A DNA stretch of 64,000 bases from Octopus sinensis. Taxonomy: Eukaryota. The DNA lies in assembly GCF_006345805.1 (NCBI RefSeq), contig NC_043000.1:104780001-104844000 (forward strand), read 5' to 3'. Under the pieces are notes generated by a model. The model did no database searches, had not been told where the DNA came from, and saw only the letters and a list, made by a program, of their open reading frames with translations. The translations under genes and the position numbers were made by a program. Every line of letters starts with the position of its first letter. Within the stretch, counting starts at the first letter, position 1. Shown one piece after another: positions 24,916-38,186 of this stretch.

Positions 24916-27900
24916 GTGTTTGTATGGCTTGTTTGTCTAATGACATGTGTCTACATTGGTTTCGTAAGTTTTTTACTTTATTTTGTTGCTAAAGTTTGTT
25001 TTCTGTTCATTTTTTTTTGCACATTGTGTGTCTTCTCTTGAGCAGGTGAGAGGGGTCTAACCAAAAACAATTCTTATCTGCTCTAAGGAACAAATTTCCG
25101 AAAAGAAAAATTTCTTTTCAAAAAATTACCAAAAAAATTTAGTATGGTGGAGCTTTCTTCTCCAAACCATCAGTGAGAGTGGTCACAGGTGGAAATCTTC
25201 CTGCACTTGCAAGTCAACCTACCCCGTCTATGCCACAAGACATAGAAGGTGGTAGGAACAATGGCAATAACAGTAGCAGACAATCTGAAAATTATTTTCT
25301 TTTGCTCCCTGCACCACCATCGCCACCATGGCAGAGACAAAGAAAAACTGCGAAAACGGTACTGCCCCTGCTGCCACCATCTCCAGCAGCAACAGCAGCA
25401 GTTCAGCAGTGACCAACAACAAAATGATAAAAGGGAAAATGAAAGTTTTTAACCAAAGAGTATGGGGTTCACAGCAGCAACTTGAGAGACATACAAAGGA
25501 ATTTTTCATCAGGAAGATGAATATAAAGAGGCCAGAAGTATGTTAAAGAAAGTTGGGAGAAATAGCCAACTTAATGTTCCCATGTCTGTCCAGCAAAACA
25601 CCAATTTACAGACAATTGTATACAAAGTGATTGCCACGAACAGCAGGTAGGTGGAGCAGGCTACACTACAACAACTGGAAAAGTGTCTGCATCCAGTCTG
25701 GTGCAGTAAAATCTATGTAGCTAGAGAGAAAAGATTTGGAACCGTCGAGGTGAGATTCAGCTCGGAAAAGGAGGCCAAACATCACTCCACCACCAGTGAT
25801 GAACTGACCCTGATATCATTTTACCTTGGCTGAAGAGTATCTAAGGTGACAATACACAACATACCACCAGAAATCAATATTTGCTGGTTGGTAGCTGTGT
25901 TACTCTGAAATAGAAGTAAAGAACAAATGTTCTTCAAATACAGAGAATGGAGAAATTGAACTGGTTGGGTCAAGGGAAGCAGCTTCTCATACAGGCTGAA
26001 CCAGGTATCATCAAAACAATACCTGACTATATAACATTGTCAGACAGTAGAAGGCTTCACACAGCTGTTGAGGGCAGAAGGCCGAGATGTCACCTATGTG
26101 GGGAAACAAACCATCTCAAGGCTTTTTGCTCATAGCAAGGGAAGCCAATACTAGCACCAGGATCACTAACACAGCAACAACAACAACAGAGTAGCACCAC
26201 CCTTCTCACACACATGGCCCTTCTGACACACATGGCCTGTGCATTGCCCAGTCTAGCAACAAGAGCAAAACTTTCGAAACTACACAGTGGTGAATACGAA
26301 CAATAGAAACTTGGAGTACATACATCGACATACAGACATCATGCATGTAGACTTTGTCACACCAGACATCAAAAGATATAGATTTTAAAAAACAAGTTCC
26401 CAATGCAGTAGGAAATAAACAAGAGACTATATGAGGAACTAATAGAGTAGGTGCAGACAGCTGAACTGCAAGCCAGAGCACCATGTGCCTCTGAACCTCC
26501 ATGAAGATTACTGATGGTGGAAGCAGTGACCTGTGGCACCTATAGGTAAGTGACACCTATAGATAAGTGTTTTTTCTCTTGCTTTATCCATACTTATGGT
26601 TATGCTCAGAATAGGCAGTGTGAATGCACAGGGACTGTGCAGTCATTGGAAACAAAATTATCTCCTCCACGACCTAATGTCTCTATGATTGGATGTGGTG
26701 GCCATCAGTGAGGTGAGGGTCACATAGGTTCTTGCTCCCTTCCTCAATGGCTATGAGATATTCTTATCTCCAAATTAGCCAGGAGGGGAAGGTGATGTTG
26801 CTGTGTTGTTTCATATAGGCTTGGACTTTGCAATATGAGCTGTTTTCATAGACCCTGGTGCTGGACATGACAAGCAAGGAAGGCTACACTTTCAGACTAA
26901 TAGCAATCTATGCCCCAAGTGGGCAGGATCGGTCAGAGTTCTTCAGGTGTCTAGAGACCTTTCCAGGTATGTCTCGCTCCTTAGTGCTAGTCAGGGACTG
27001 GAACAGTATCTTAGACGAATGCATTGACTGTGTGGGAGTAGCTAGTGAGGAAGTGTGTTGCAAAACCTCTCAGACCGGCTCAGTAGTTTCCATTTAGAAT
27101 GCACCAATGTGAACTTGGTTAAACTGAAATGGGTCACCCAGATTGTACTTAGATAGGATATTCTGAAGAGTAGGAGATAGGGATAGCATAGGGTATTCAC
27201 ATTTTCAAATAGTAAGCTACACAGACCACAAATTTATGGTATGTACGCTTAAGATAGGTTACATAGACAGAAACCCGGTTATTGGAAGCTGAACACGTCG
27301 TCCCTTACAGGGACTGGCTTAGAGAGCTAGCTAAGCGAGCATCGTCAGAGGCAATAACTAATAATAGAGGGTGGCTCACCTTAAAAAGAGCAATAAAAGC
27401 AGAGTCGATTAGTATGTAGCCTTAGAGAAAGTAGAAAAGGAATTCATAAATTAGAAGAAGCACTGAGGAAAGAGATCACAACCAATGTACTTGCAGTGAA
27501 ACTGGTCCTAGACCATCATTTCAATGCAAAGCACAAAGGTTGTACAGATAGGACTAAGGCAGGTTTAGATGGTCTACCCTATGAGCTGTACTCAAGTATG
27601 CCAGAGATGTTCAGTGACCTCTTGGCAGACATCTACCTGAACTGGCAACAGAATGGAAGAATTCCCACCACTGTTAGCCGAGGTGTGGTGACTCTGCGGA
27701 GAAAGAACCTGGACTAGGGGGATAGTGTAGATAATTTCTGGCCCATAACTCTGCTTAACACAGAGTTAAAGATTTTGGTCAAGGTATTAGTAAAGAGGCT
27801 GGCACTTGTCATCCATTGGTTGATTGGCGAGGCACAACGTGTTCCATCCCAAAATGATCTATCCACAACAACCTCCACCTCATGATACATCATAGAGGGA

Positions 27901-29560
27901 GTGGCTAGGAAAGCTGGTATGGGTGGGGCCCTGATCAGTTTAGATCAATTGAAAGCTTTTGACTGGGTCAACCATCGGTATCTGGTAGCAGTCCTCAGAG
28001 TGGCCAGCTTTGAGCCACTTTTCAGCACATCAAGGTGATTGGCACCACTCTAAAGGAATATGAAGTGGTGACATGAGCAAAGATTAACCCAGGCAAGTCA
28101 GTAGGCCTGCAACTCAGCTCCTGGTGAGGCAGGTCTATGCTGTCCAACAGCATCATAAGGTGCAGGACAGACAGACCAGTTAAGCTACTCTGGGTCTGGT
28201 TCAGTCCAGGCATCTAAGTGGACAAGAACTTGGAAAAGGTGATGATCAGGGTAGCCAAACTCATCCAGAAAAGGGCTAAGAGGAAACTGTCCCTGAAAGA
28301 TCGAGCAGAGGTGGCGAATACTTATATTGCATCCATCATCTATTACCTTCTGACTGCCGTGCCTTGCCCTGAGTCACATTTGAACAAGTTAGAGTGTATA
28401 CTCTTTCAATTTCTGTGAAAGGGGTACATTCTTCTTGTCAGGAAGTCCATCTGCTGTCAACATCTACTGAACGGAGGGATGGGCATGCCATGGTTACTGA
28501 TGCGCAGTTATGTGCTGAGGCTGCGGCATCTCCAGTGTTTCCTTGATGGTGAGTAGGTGAGGTCACCTTTTGCCAGATGCACTTTTCCTCAACCCATCTT
28601 AATGGAGTTACAATCCTGGGTTAAGCTGAGACCAAGGGAGGTGAGTGACACCTTGAGTGTCGACACGCCCTCTTAGTCCTCTACTAGTCGGGCAGTATGG
28701 TCAGTGGAAATTCTATCTTGGTGTTCTATAGGGGATTAGTGGAGTATAGGTGCTTCAATGCGGAACAACTGGCTGAACTTTTCTGGAGGACTTTCAGGTT
28801 GGGGCCTATGGATAACTTCCAGAAATCCCTGACCTGGCAATGCTACCGGGGAGCATTGCCAATTTGGGATAAACTTCATAGGCATTGAAGTGCCATCAGT
28901 CGGAGCTACTCAAGATGCAAACAGAGCAATGAAACCATTCTGCACACATTCGTCCAGTGCCCAACAATTTCTGACATGTGGGTTTATGTTGAGCACTTGC
29001 TGTTGCATGTCACACGAATCTGGCTATCAATCGAGTCTATTATTAAGATTGTTCCACTCTCTTCGTTTGTTTGAGAAGGCTGGGAAGCTTTCACCTGCCT
29101 GGTGCTCATGGCAAAAGAGGTTGTGTAGTGGACAAGCCTGAAAGGGCTGAAGACAGGCACTTTCCTCTCTGGTGAATCTCTGATCAACTTTTTCAGGTTC
29201 CACTTGAAAAGGCAGATCAGAGCAGAGAGGGAAGTGCTCTCTTCTCACAAATTTATTGAAAGGTGGATGAGAGTGGCGAGTATGGTTTGTGTGAATGGGC
29301 CAGCTCTGAGCATGCGCTTCTGATTGGAGTAAAAGAGAGAGGAAGCATTTGCTCAGGGAAACTGTGATTTTCTGTGGGATTTGCATGCTTTTCCCTTGAA
29401 AGTCTCTCCCCCCCACCCATTGGGGAATTGTAATTGTTTAACTTTATTATTCATTTTTGTTATTGTTTTACATGTTTGCAGATAAACCCCCTCTGTTTGT
29501 GCCTTTGTATTTGCCTTCCTGTGTGTTCTATGTAGCCAATAAAGAAAACATTATTATTAT
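24916..29560 (+). mobile_element. Degenerate Tx1-type LINE, copy 2, with ORF1 remnant
   Basis: ORF1 zinc knuckle CHLCGETNHLKAFC (CX2CX4HX4C, ending about 26130). ORF2 starts MVMLRIGSVNAQGL at about 26596 and includes RLIAIYAPSG..FF, GLDGLPYELY and C-terminal CKQSNETILHTFVQCP. 3' end AATAAAGAAAAC(ATT)n at 29538. Internal RT deletions. 5' boundary inferred. Confidence 0.85.
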
Positions 29561-29603
29561 TAATAATAATGATGATGATGACAATAAATACACTTTCTTC
29601 TCT

Positions 29604-29802
29604 AGGCACAAGGCCTGAAATTTTGGGGGAGAAGCTAAGTCGATTACATTGACCCCAGTATTCAACTGGTACTTATTTTATCAATCTCGAAGGTTGAAAG
29701 GCAAGTTGGCCTCAGTAGAGTTTGAGCTCAGAACATGAAGACAAATGAAATGCCACTAAGCATTTTGCCTATTGTGCTAAAGATGCTGCCAGCTCACTAC
29801 CT
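29604..29802 (+). repeat. Abundant dispersed SINE-like repeat (gattacattgaccccagta..ctggtacttattttatc..aggcaaagttg..tttgagctcagaa)
   Basis: Related copies at about 965-1110, 19030-19240 and 29890-30020 (+), and 6830-6960, 40490-40660, 40740-40860 and 62140-62260 (-). Confidence 0.7.
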
Positions 29803-29803
29803 A

Positions 29804-29855
<52 letters not shown>

Positions 29856-30203
29856 ACAACAAGAACAACAACGATGATGATAATTTTTTCGACTATAAGC
29901 AACAAGGCTGTAATTTTAAGAGGGTGGGGGATTAATCAATTACATCAACTCAGAACATAAAGTCAGATGAAACACCACTAAACATTTTGCCTTGCATAGT
30001 AACAGTTCTGCCTGCTCACCATCCTAATGATAATAATAATAATAATAATAATAATTTTCTTTATATCATTCCAATTTTAGTATATGTACTGCTAAAGCTA
30101 GTACAGTAATAATGATGATGATGATGATGATGATGATGATAACAAACTTTGATGCCATATTTAACTGTTTCTTTTTCTGTGTTCTCTTTCATGTTGATCT
30201 CAG

Positions 30204-30345
30204 AAATGCTTTGTCTTCTGCCATGTTGTTAAATCTTCATAAAGAATTGAAGTCCTGCAGCAATGATGATAATGTAAGGGTTGTACTACTAACATCTAAA
30301 GGTGATGTTTTTTCGTCAGGACATGATCTCAAAGAACTAGTTATT
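30204..30345 (+). CDS. ECHDC3: ECHDC3 exon 3
   Basis: ctcag|(R)NALSSAMLLNLHKELKSCSNDDNVRVVLLTSKGDVFSSGHDLKELVI|gtaagt. FSSGHDLKEL is the crotonase oxyanion motif of ECHDC3. An alternative in-frame donor exists after 30339. Confidence 0.93.
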
Positions 30346-30825
30346 GTAAGTCTTCAAAACAAACACTTATTTTAATTTACTTTATTTTATTTTCATTTTA
30401 TATTTTTTTTGTAATGCTTTATGTTACTGTTTGACACAACTGGTGAACTGTGTTATCATTAGTAACATTCAGTCATAACTTGCTGTGATTATCTTAAAAT
30501 ATCATGTGAGGTCATGTGGATGTTATGGCTGTGTATGATAGAGAGCAGATAATTTAAAAATAATGTTGTTGCTGTTTAGTATACTAGGATAGTTCTGTTC
30601 TGCTTGAGCTATTCCATTCCATACAAGTTACCATTCAAAGACTTTTTAGCAACTTTACATGTTTAACCCTTTAACATTCAGATTATACTGTCAAATGTAA
30701 TGCTTATTTATTCACATTTCTTAAAAATTAATCATGTAACCATCAGTTTAAGATGGCAGCTTCTAAAGACATGCAATGTTGGTGATCTGGCAGTTGAGTT
30801 ATTTCTTGTAGCAAATTATATTTTT

Positions 30826-31020
30826 TGTGGTTAGGGAGCTTGCTTCCTAGCTACATGGTTCTGGGTTCAGTCCCACTGCGTGGCACTTTGGGCAGGTGTC
30901 TTCTACTATAGCCCCGAACCAACCGAAGCTTTGTGATTGAATTCGGTAGGCGGAAGTAACTGTCGTGTGTCTATGTGTGCGTGTAGGTGCTCAGTGCCTC
31001 TCCGAAAGAGAGAGAGAGAA
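30826..31020 (+). mobile_element. tRNA-derived SINE, same subfamily as 14391-14600
   Basis: Shares the distinctive tail gctcagtgcctctccgaaagagagag and the body of the 14391 copy. Confidence 0.8.
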
Positions 31021-31449
31021 TTACTAATAAGCAAAAGCCTTCTTGGGATGTAGATTTAAAAAATCAACTCCGGTTTTCTCAAGAACACATTGTTTCAAAG
31101 CCTTTCAGTGACACACATATACACATACACACAAACTCTCATTTATATAGTAGATGTGTGTGTGTTTGTGTGTTATTTAGATGAAAGGCTAACTTCCATT
31201 AATGTGGGACATTGTTAATAATATTGACCCTTGTCAATATAGCTTTCCAGATCCTTTCACGACTTAATGCTTCCACACTTTTGGTCCAGTTCTCTGTTGT
31301 CTGAACTGCTTCTGCACTGCTAGTACAGGATACAAACAAATCTATCTTCCAATATCTAACTCTATAATACTGTTAGTTGCTGAAACTATGAAAAACTTTA
31401 TTTGTTTGTGTGTGTATTTATATATACATATTTTTCTTATTTTTATTAG

Positions 31450-31521
31450 ACAGATGACAAATCAAAGACTAAACAAATTGAGATTTTCAAGTCATGTTCT
31501 GAAGTTATGTGTATGATACAG
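31450..31521 (+). CDS. ECHDC3: ECHDC3 exon 4
   Basis: ttag|TDDKSKTKQIEIFKSCSEVMCMIQ|gtcagt, phase 0/0. Aligns with recalled human EVFQTCSKVMMHI. Confidence 0.9.
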
Positions 31522-32600
31522 GTCAGTGTCATTTTCACAGCTACACACTGTCAGCATCAGTACCATCACTATCATCATCATCATAACCAAAACTAACTTC
31601 TGCTATATTCATTGACACCATCACCATTATTTTCATTCTCATCATCATCATGAATGTCAGTATCACTTTCACTACCACTGCAACCAGTGACATCATTTGT
31701 AACCACTACATCTTCTCTGCCTTCGCCTCCTCCTCCCCCTCCATGTTGTTTCATCATCTTAATTGTTGTGGTTATCCCAATAGAAGTTCAATGTTGTAAT
31801 TTTACTTGAATTGGCAGAATTGTTTCAACATGAATTCACCTAGATTTGAAATTTTTGCACAGGATACTTTACTGGCAGTGATTGATGTATGGTGATTATT
31901 GTCACAAATGCTGTATTCAACCGTCTACTCTAACTTGCATACAACACAAAAATAAACATCTGAATCTTTGTTTCTGGGCACATATTATTAGATTTCAAAA
32001 CAAACCATGTCAAGATTATACCATGATTTGGAAAGAACACTGTAATGATGATGATGGTGATGACAACAACAATGGCGATGGTGACAGCAACAATCAATTT
32101 CATTTAATAAATTTTCAACAAATACAACTTAATGTATGATGTGTTCTGGTGGAATGCTTCACTCTTTTGGTCTCTATTTTTGTCACCCGTCTACATTGTC
32201 TAAGTATTGCCATAAATGATGAAATTAGTTGAGATTCGTATGCTTCTATCTCAGAACAACTACCACAATATTTTGTAACAAGAGGTAGAAAAACTAGTTT
32301 GCCATTATTATCTATGAATATTTTATTGAGTGAGCTTAATGTGATGAATTTACCATCTCAGGTGAGTGTGCAGCACATACCTACACACTCAAGAATATGC
32401 ATATATACACTCTTGCTGACTTTGTCATCAAGATGTACATCATGAACTTTTTCTTTCTCTGTTTTAATTCATTTTTTTAATATATTCATTAAATCAAAAA
32501 TAACTTTATTTTTTCTATTAAATTTTTTTGATGGATATTTTTGTTAACTTGATTAATAAGTAACTCTGATATTTCTTTTCCTTATTCCTTCCTTTTCTAG

Positions 32601-32634
32601 GACATGGCAGTACCAGTAATTGCTCAAGTTAGTG
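32601..32634 (+). CDS. ECHDC3: ECHDC3 exon 5
   Basis: ttctag|DMAVPVIAQVS(G)|gttagt, 34 bp, ends in phase 1. Confidence 0.9.
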
Positions 32635-33751
32635 GTTAGTATTCATTATTCTGTCCCACTTTATACCATTATCATCATCATCATCAGCAGCAGCATGAAT
32701 GTTTTAGGTAGGAGGTGGTCTTAGAGTGGACCTTCCTCCTGATACAGCTTACCTTTTAATGTTCTCATTGCCCATAGACAATGTCCTTCCACATCTGCTG
32801 GTTTTAGTCAAATGTTTACCATTATTAATGGTTATCTTTACTTTCTCCAGAATTTTTTAATATCATTATCAGAAAGATTTCTCAATGCTCTTTTGTGTAC
32901 TTTCTGTTATTGTAGCCTGAGATGTGTAAGTAATTTGGATGGTAAGTTTCAATGATCCATTATATCATGTGGGCATTTCAGTTATACTATTGTCTCTGTA
33001 TTAATTCATAAATGCTTGGTTAGGAAATATAAGTTTGCTAGGTTGGATAATTTCAGAGACTGTTACTCTACATTAGTCTGATATTCAGTAAAGATATCTC
33101 TTGAAATAATGTAGTTCTAAATACGCAATACTAAGAAGACACTTGCTTAAGGTGTCACACTGGGACCAAACTCTGAGCCACACATTTGTTAAGAGAATGC
33201 TTAACCACACACTTATGTCTGCACGCATGCACACTTTCTGGAAATAGCTAATCTGCCTTTAAGAATAAGAAATATGCAATATATGTAGAAGTATTTATAA
33301 TAATTAACAATCAAGGGAAATCTTGTCTGTTAGAAAAGCTGGCATGTCTAATTTATCCTAGCTGAAATTTATCTTTGCATTAATTAAATAGTTAATTGGT
33401 GTTGAGATGTTGAAATTACATTGTAGAACAAGAGAATTGTTATCTGTGTAAACTGAAGGTTTATAATGGTTTGGCTGGTGGCAATGAAAAAGTCCAAGAC
33501 AACCAAAAGATGTCCAGAAGTTGCAGCAGGTTGCTGAAATCCAGGTTTGTGAGGGTTTGCCATGTTGCCTACCTGCCAAGCAAGGTTTTCGGTTGGTGTT
33601 TCTATCTCCTAGAAGGACTACCTTTCAGGGCTAATGAGCTCCATCTGCCCATGACCAAGGCTGTTTCTGAATGTTCTTCCACCATCTCACTGAAGGGATC
33701 TCTATGTCTTCATCCACCAATTGTTTATATATATATATATATATATATTAA

Positions 33752-34086
33752 AGGTGCATGGCTCAGTGGTTAGAGCATCGAGCTTACAATCGTGAGGTTG
33801 CGGGCTCAAATCCCAGACCTGGCTGCATGTTGTGTTCTTGAGCAAGACACTTTATTTCACGTTGCTCCAGTTCACTCAGCTGTAGAAATGAGTTGTGACA
33901 TCACAGGTGCTAAGCTGTATTGGCCCTTGCGTTACTCTTGGATAACACTGGTGGCATGGAGAGGGGAGGCCGGTATGCATGGGAGACTGCAGGTCTTCCA
34001 TAAACAACCTTGCCTGGACTTGTGCCTGGGAGGGTAACTTTGAAGGTGCAATCCCATGGTCAGTGTCGTAACCAAAGGGGGTCTCA
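33752..34086 (+). mobile_element. tRNA-derived SINE with CORE-like central segment
   Basis: tRNA head ggtgcatggctcagtggttagagc..ggctcaaatccc, then tgtgttcttgagcaagacactttatttcacgttgctccagttcactcagctgtagaaatg, which resembles the CORE domain. Flanked by (TA)n on both sides. Confidence 0.8.
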
Positions 34087-34342
34087 GATATATGTATATA
34101 TATATATATATATGTTTATATATATATATATATATAAATTAAAACTAAAAAAATAAATAAAAAAGGAATATAAAAAAATATTGAGATTACTAGGTTAATG
34201 TATTTTGATTATTTTAGTTCTCTGTTTTGAACAAAGCAATTAGACTGAATAAATTGCTAACTATTTGAAGAGAAGTGAAAATGTTCTTTCTCTTAGTTTT
34301 GTTCTAACTTCCTTTTTTTTTTGTTACAACTCTATATTTCAG

Positions 34343-34427
34343 GTTTGGCTACAGCTGCTGGCTGTCAGCTTGTAACATCATGTGATATTGCCATAGCTTC
34401 AGAAAAAGCCAAGTTTGCTGTACCTGG
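34343..34427 (+). CDS. ECHDC3: ECHDC3 exon 6
   Basis: ttcag|(G)[27 protein letters not shown](G)|gtaagt. Confidence 0.95.
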
Positions 34428-35317
34428 GTAAGTCATTCTGTTTTAATCTATAATTTTTAACTTTTTTTCCTTTTATTTGTTATACATTTTTCATTGCAGC
34501 GTGGAAGGTGTTTGTAAGCCATTTAAGAAACACACAAAAGCCGTTTGATTCACTTCAACATTTAAGTTTAATTTGTCAAAATATTTTCGTCGCTTAAATC
34601 CGCGACCTGTTCACTGACAAAAATCCATGCTTTCATTCTTTCTTGTCAAATATAGGCAAATCTTTTGTTCTTTCCTTGTCTCTTACTGGTTTTGGTTATT
34701 GAACACTGGCTATGTTGAGATACTGCCTTCTAAAATATTGTTAGTTGTATTGACTCCAGTACAAGACAGGTTTATTTTATCAAATTCAGAAAGGCATATT
34801 TGAATTCAAGATATTTTATCTGTGCCATATTTTACCTTTATTAAGGTGGTTGGCATCTGACCATAAAATTATCCTATTTCAATAAAACCTTGAATCAGAC
34901 ACTGATTATAGAAAATTTTTTTAGGAATTAAAAAATGTAAAAAAGAGGAAAAAAATATCATAGGTCTTACTAGTTGTATTCACCACACACTCAAATTTTT
35001 GGAGAGACATGATTAGGTGCAGGTATGTCTGTGGTGTGTGTGTGTGTAAGAGAGAGAGGATGTAACAGAGGAGGAAGGGAGGTAAAAATAAGTAAGTGGA
35101 AGATGGGTCAATACTCAAAGTGAGGAAAAAAATAAAAGAAATGCTAGCAGATTTGAAACACAATTGGATGTGTGGAGGTAATATCAAAGAAACAGTATTA
35201 TAACATTGTATCAAAATTATATGAGTATTGTAGTGTATCTTGCATTGTGTGAACATATAATGCCTTTCTGGAGATTTTTGTTTTATTTCTATTCATTTAC
35301 TTATTTATTTTTTGCAG

Positions 35318-35427
35318 AGTAAATATTGGCCTCTTTTGTACAACTCCTGGTGTAGCACTTGGCCGGGCTGTTCCTCGCAAGGTTGCTATGGAAATGCTTC
35401 TCACTGGACAACCAATATCAGCTGATG
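35318..35427 (+). CDS. ECHDC3: ECHDC3 exon 7
   Basis: tgcag|(G)[36 protein letters not shown](E)|gtaaat. Confidence 0.95.
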
Positions 35428-36939
35428 GTAAATAATATGTATTTTTAAATTTCAAATAATAATTTCACTGTTGTATTTGTTTGGTGAATGATTTGATCTG
35501 AAATTTTTTGTTGAAATTGAACTAATTATAGTTGATGTATAACAATCTTTTCTAATAGTTTGTCATAACATAATTACAAAAGCAAAACAAGAGTGAATAT
35601 AAATATGTATTTATAGTGCCTGAGCATGCCAGCAAGGAAAAGTGGATGTAAGATAATATCATCATCATAATTATTATAGCATTCTCTTTTCCATACTTGC
35701 TTGGGTTGGAGGGAGTTTAATGAGGTAGATTTTTCTATGCCTGGAAGCTCTTCCTGTTTCCAGCACTCACCTGTTTCTGAGCAAGGTAATATTTCCCCAT
35801 TGCTAGATATGTTCTTGTACACTATTTGAAATTAATGACACTACTTGTATGCTAGTAATACTTGTTTACTATTATCATACAATGTCAAGATCTTCCATTC
35901 ATGACCATCCCTGTCATTGTTTCAGAGATAATGTATCCAAAGCTGCATTATTTTATATGTCCTTCTTTTTAATGATGGTATGGTGTGATTGACTTCTGTT
36001 TCTAGTAGGCTGATGTCATATCTGTTATGTCATGTAAAAATGTAAAAGTATCCTAGGATGGTACAAGCATGGTTGAATGTAAGGTTAACAAAATTAGGCC
36101 GTTATTTCTAGCAGATTGAGATTACATAGAGACTTCTCTGTAGGATTGATATATCATCATCAGTTAATTTCTGCTTTCCATGCTGGAATCTGTTGGACCG
36201 TTTGACAGGAGCTGACAGTTGAAAGACTATTCAGGCTCCATATCTTTTGGCATGGTTTTTATGTCTGGATGCCCTTCTTAACACCATGTAGAAATACACA
36301 GCTCGGTATGGAGATGGATGGATGTAGAATTAAAATCAACCAAATAAATTGTAGTTTATAGAAACTTTATGCAGCTGTTAATTTGAAGTCTTCGTTGAGG
36401 TAGAAAATCTACCTCAACAAATTCCATCTGACATGTTCAAGCCCGAAAAAGTGGACATTAAAACGATGATGTCAAAAATGGTGACACACATATGCATGCA
36501 TGCGCGTGCACACACACACACAAAACCTTCCCATGATTTAAAGGACTAATATTGAGAATCACAATTCCATTTATATCAAATGCCCATTAAGTTGGAAGTA
36601 ACCCAAGGGCTATTTTTTTTGTGCTTAATGTAAAATAATGAAGAACTTGAATGCAATATTTACTTTTTTGCACAACAAAGAATTATTAGATTATAATAAA
36701 AAATATATAATTCTATTTCCCTTTTTGTCTGTGTAGTTGAAAAGTATTTTGCTGTGTTATTAAAAACTCAATTTCCATCAAATTAAGGTCTGTTAAACTG
36801 AGAGCTTATCATTTGTGTGTGTGTATTGTGTGTGTGTGTGTGTGTGTATTTATGTGTGTGCACATATGTTAGTATATATCTGTCTCCATCACAGGGTTAT
36901 ACATTGTTATGAATGTATATATATAAATATATATTGCAG

Positions 36940-36998
36940 AGGCACTACGGCATGGTTTAATCAGTCGAGTTGTCAGTCCTGAGTTGCTAGAGGAGGAG
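36940..36998 (+). CDS. ECHDC3: ECHDC3 exon 8
   Basis: tgcag|(E)ALRHGLISRVVSPELLEEE|gtaaga. Confidence 0.93.
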
Positions 36999-37182
36999 GT
37001 AAGAAACCCAAGCTTTGTTACTTAAAGTAAAGTCAGACTACATCAAGTGGAAGTTCAGTGCCTTCGGATCAGTATTGAGATGTGACTTGCCATAACACAA
37101 TACGTCTTGATGATGTTATTGTGGCTATGGTTTAATTTTTTATGTTATCTATTTTGTTATTGTTTTACTACTTTTAGTCATT

Positions 37183-37490
37183 GTGGAGGTGCAATGGCCC
37201 AGTGGTTAGGGCAGCGGACACACGACTGGAGGATCGCGGTTTTGATTCCCAGACCAGGCGTTGTGCATGTTTATTGAGCGAAAACACCTAAAAGCTCCAC
37301 GAGGCTCCGGCAGGCGACCTCTGTTGTATTCTTTTGCCACAACTTTCTCTCACTCTCTCTTCCTGTTTCTTGCATAACACTGTGATAGACTGGCGTCCCA
37401 TCCAGCTGGGAGGAACACATACACCACAGAAACCGGGAAACTAGACCTATGAGCCTGGCTAGGCTTGAAAAGGGCAAACAAAACAAAAAA
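37183..37490 (+). mobile_element. tRNA-derived SINE, third family
   Basis: Head tggcccagtggttagggc..ttgattccc, body gatagactggcgtcccatccagc, A-rich tail. Confidence 0.7.
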
Positions 37491-37731
37491 CTTTTAGTCA
37501 TTGGATTGTGTGACGATTGTTGGGTACCATCTTCAAGTGTTTGATTGATTATATTGTCCTCAGTGCTTATTTCATTGATTTCTGTTTGCTTAACCAATAA
37601 GTTGTAGAGCATAAAAGGACACAACATAACAAGTACAGCTGTGAATACCCTACACTCGCACCCACATCCACACACATATATGTACATACATATGTGTGTA
37701 TGTGTATACACCACCACACACATATATACAC

Positions 37732-37950
37732 TGGCTGGGCAGGCAGGCCAGCATTTTGTTGGATTGCCTTCGACTATTCAGGAGTTCGTCCACCCTTTGA
37801 TGGGTCTTATTTTTCATCCCACAAGGTGTCCAACAACACCCTCCTCACCAAACGAGTCTGGTGGGGTTCTTAGTTTAGTCGCCGACGACCCAACCACGCT
37901 ACAGATTGTACTGGATTACGTTACCAGTAGCACTCTAGAGCGACCTGACA
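37732..37950 (-). mobile_element. Terminal segment of a dispersed element embedded in microsatellite; homologous to 45590 onward
   Basis: Minus strand begins TGTCAGGTCGCTCTAGAGTGCTAC and aligns over about 200 nt with plus-strand TGTCAAATCGCTCGAGAGTGCTAC at 45590. Confidence 0.65.
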
Positions 37951-38081
37951 TATATACATATATATATATATATGTATATATATACATATATATGTATATT
38001 TATATATGTATATTTATGTATATATATATGTATGTATATATGTCTATATATATGTGTGTATATATATGTATATTTATATAT

Positions 38082-38139
<58 letters not shown>

Positions 38140-38186
38140 ATTTATATATACATGTATATATACATATATATATACATATATATACA

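Noticed and set aside
37860-37950. HDV-like ribozyme fit (GGUCGCU/GGCGACU could form P1 with a G-U wobble)
   Set aside because: No P3/L3, no P1.1 GG after the 3' strand and no plausible catalytic C junction. Kept only as an unassigned structure.
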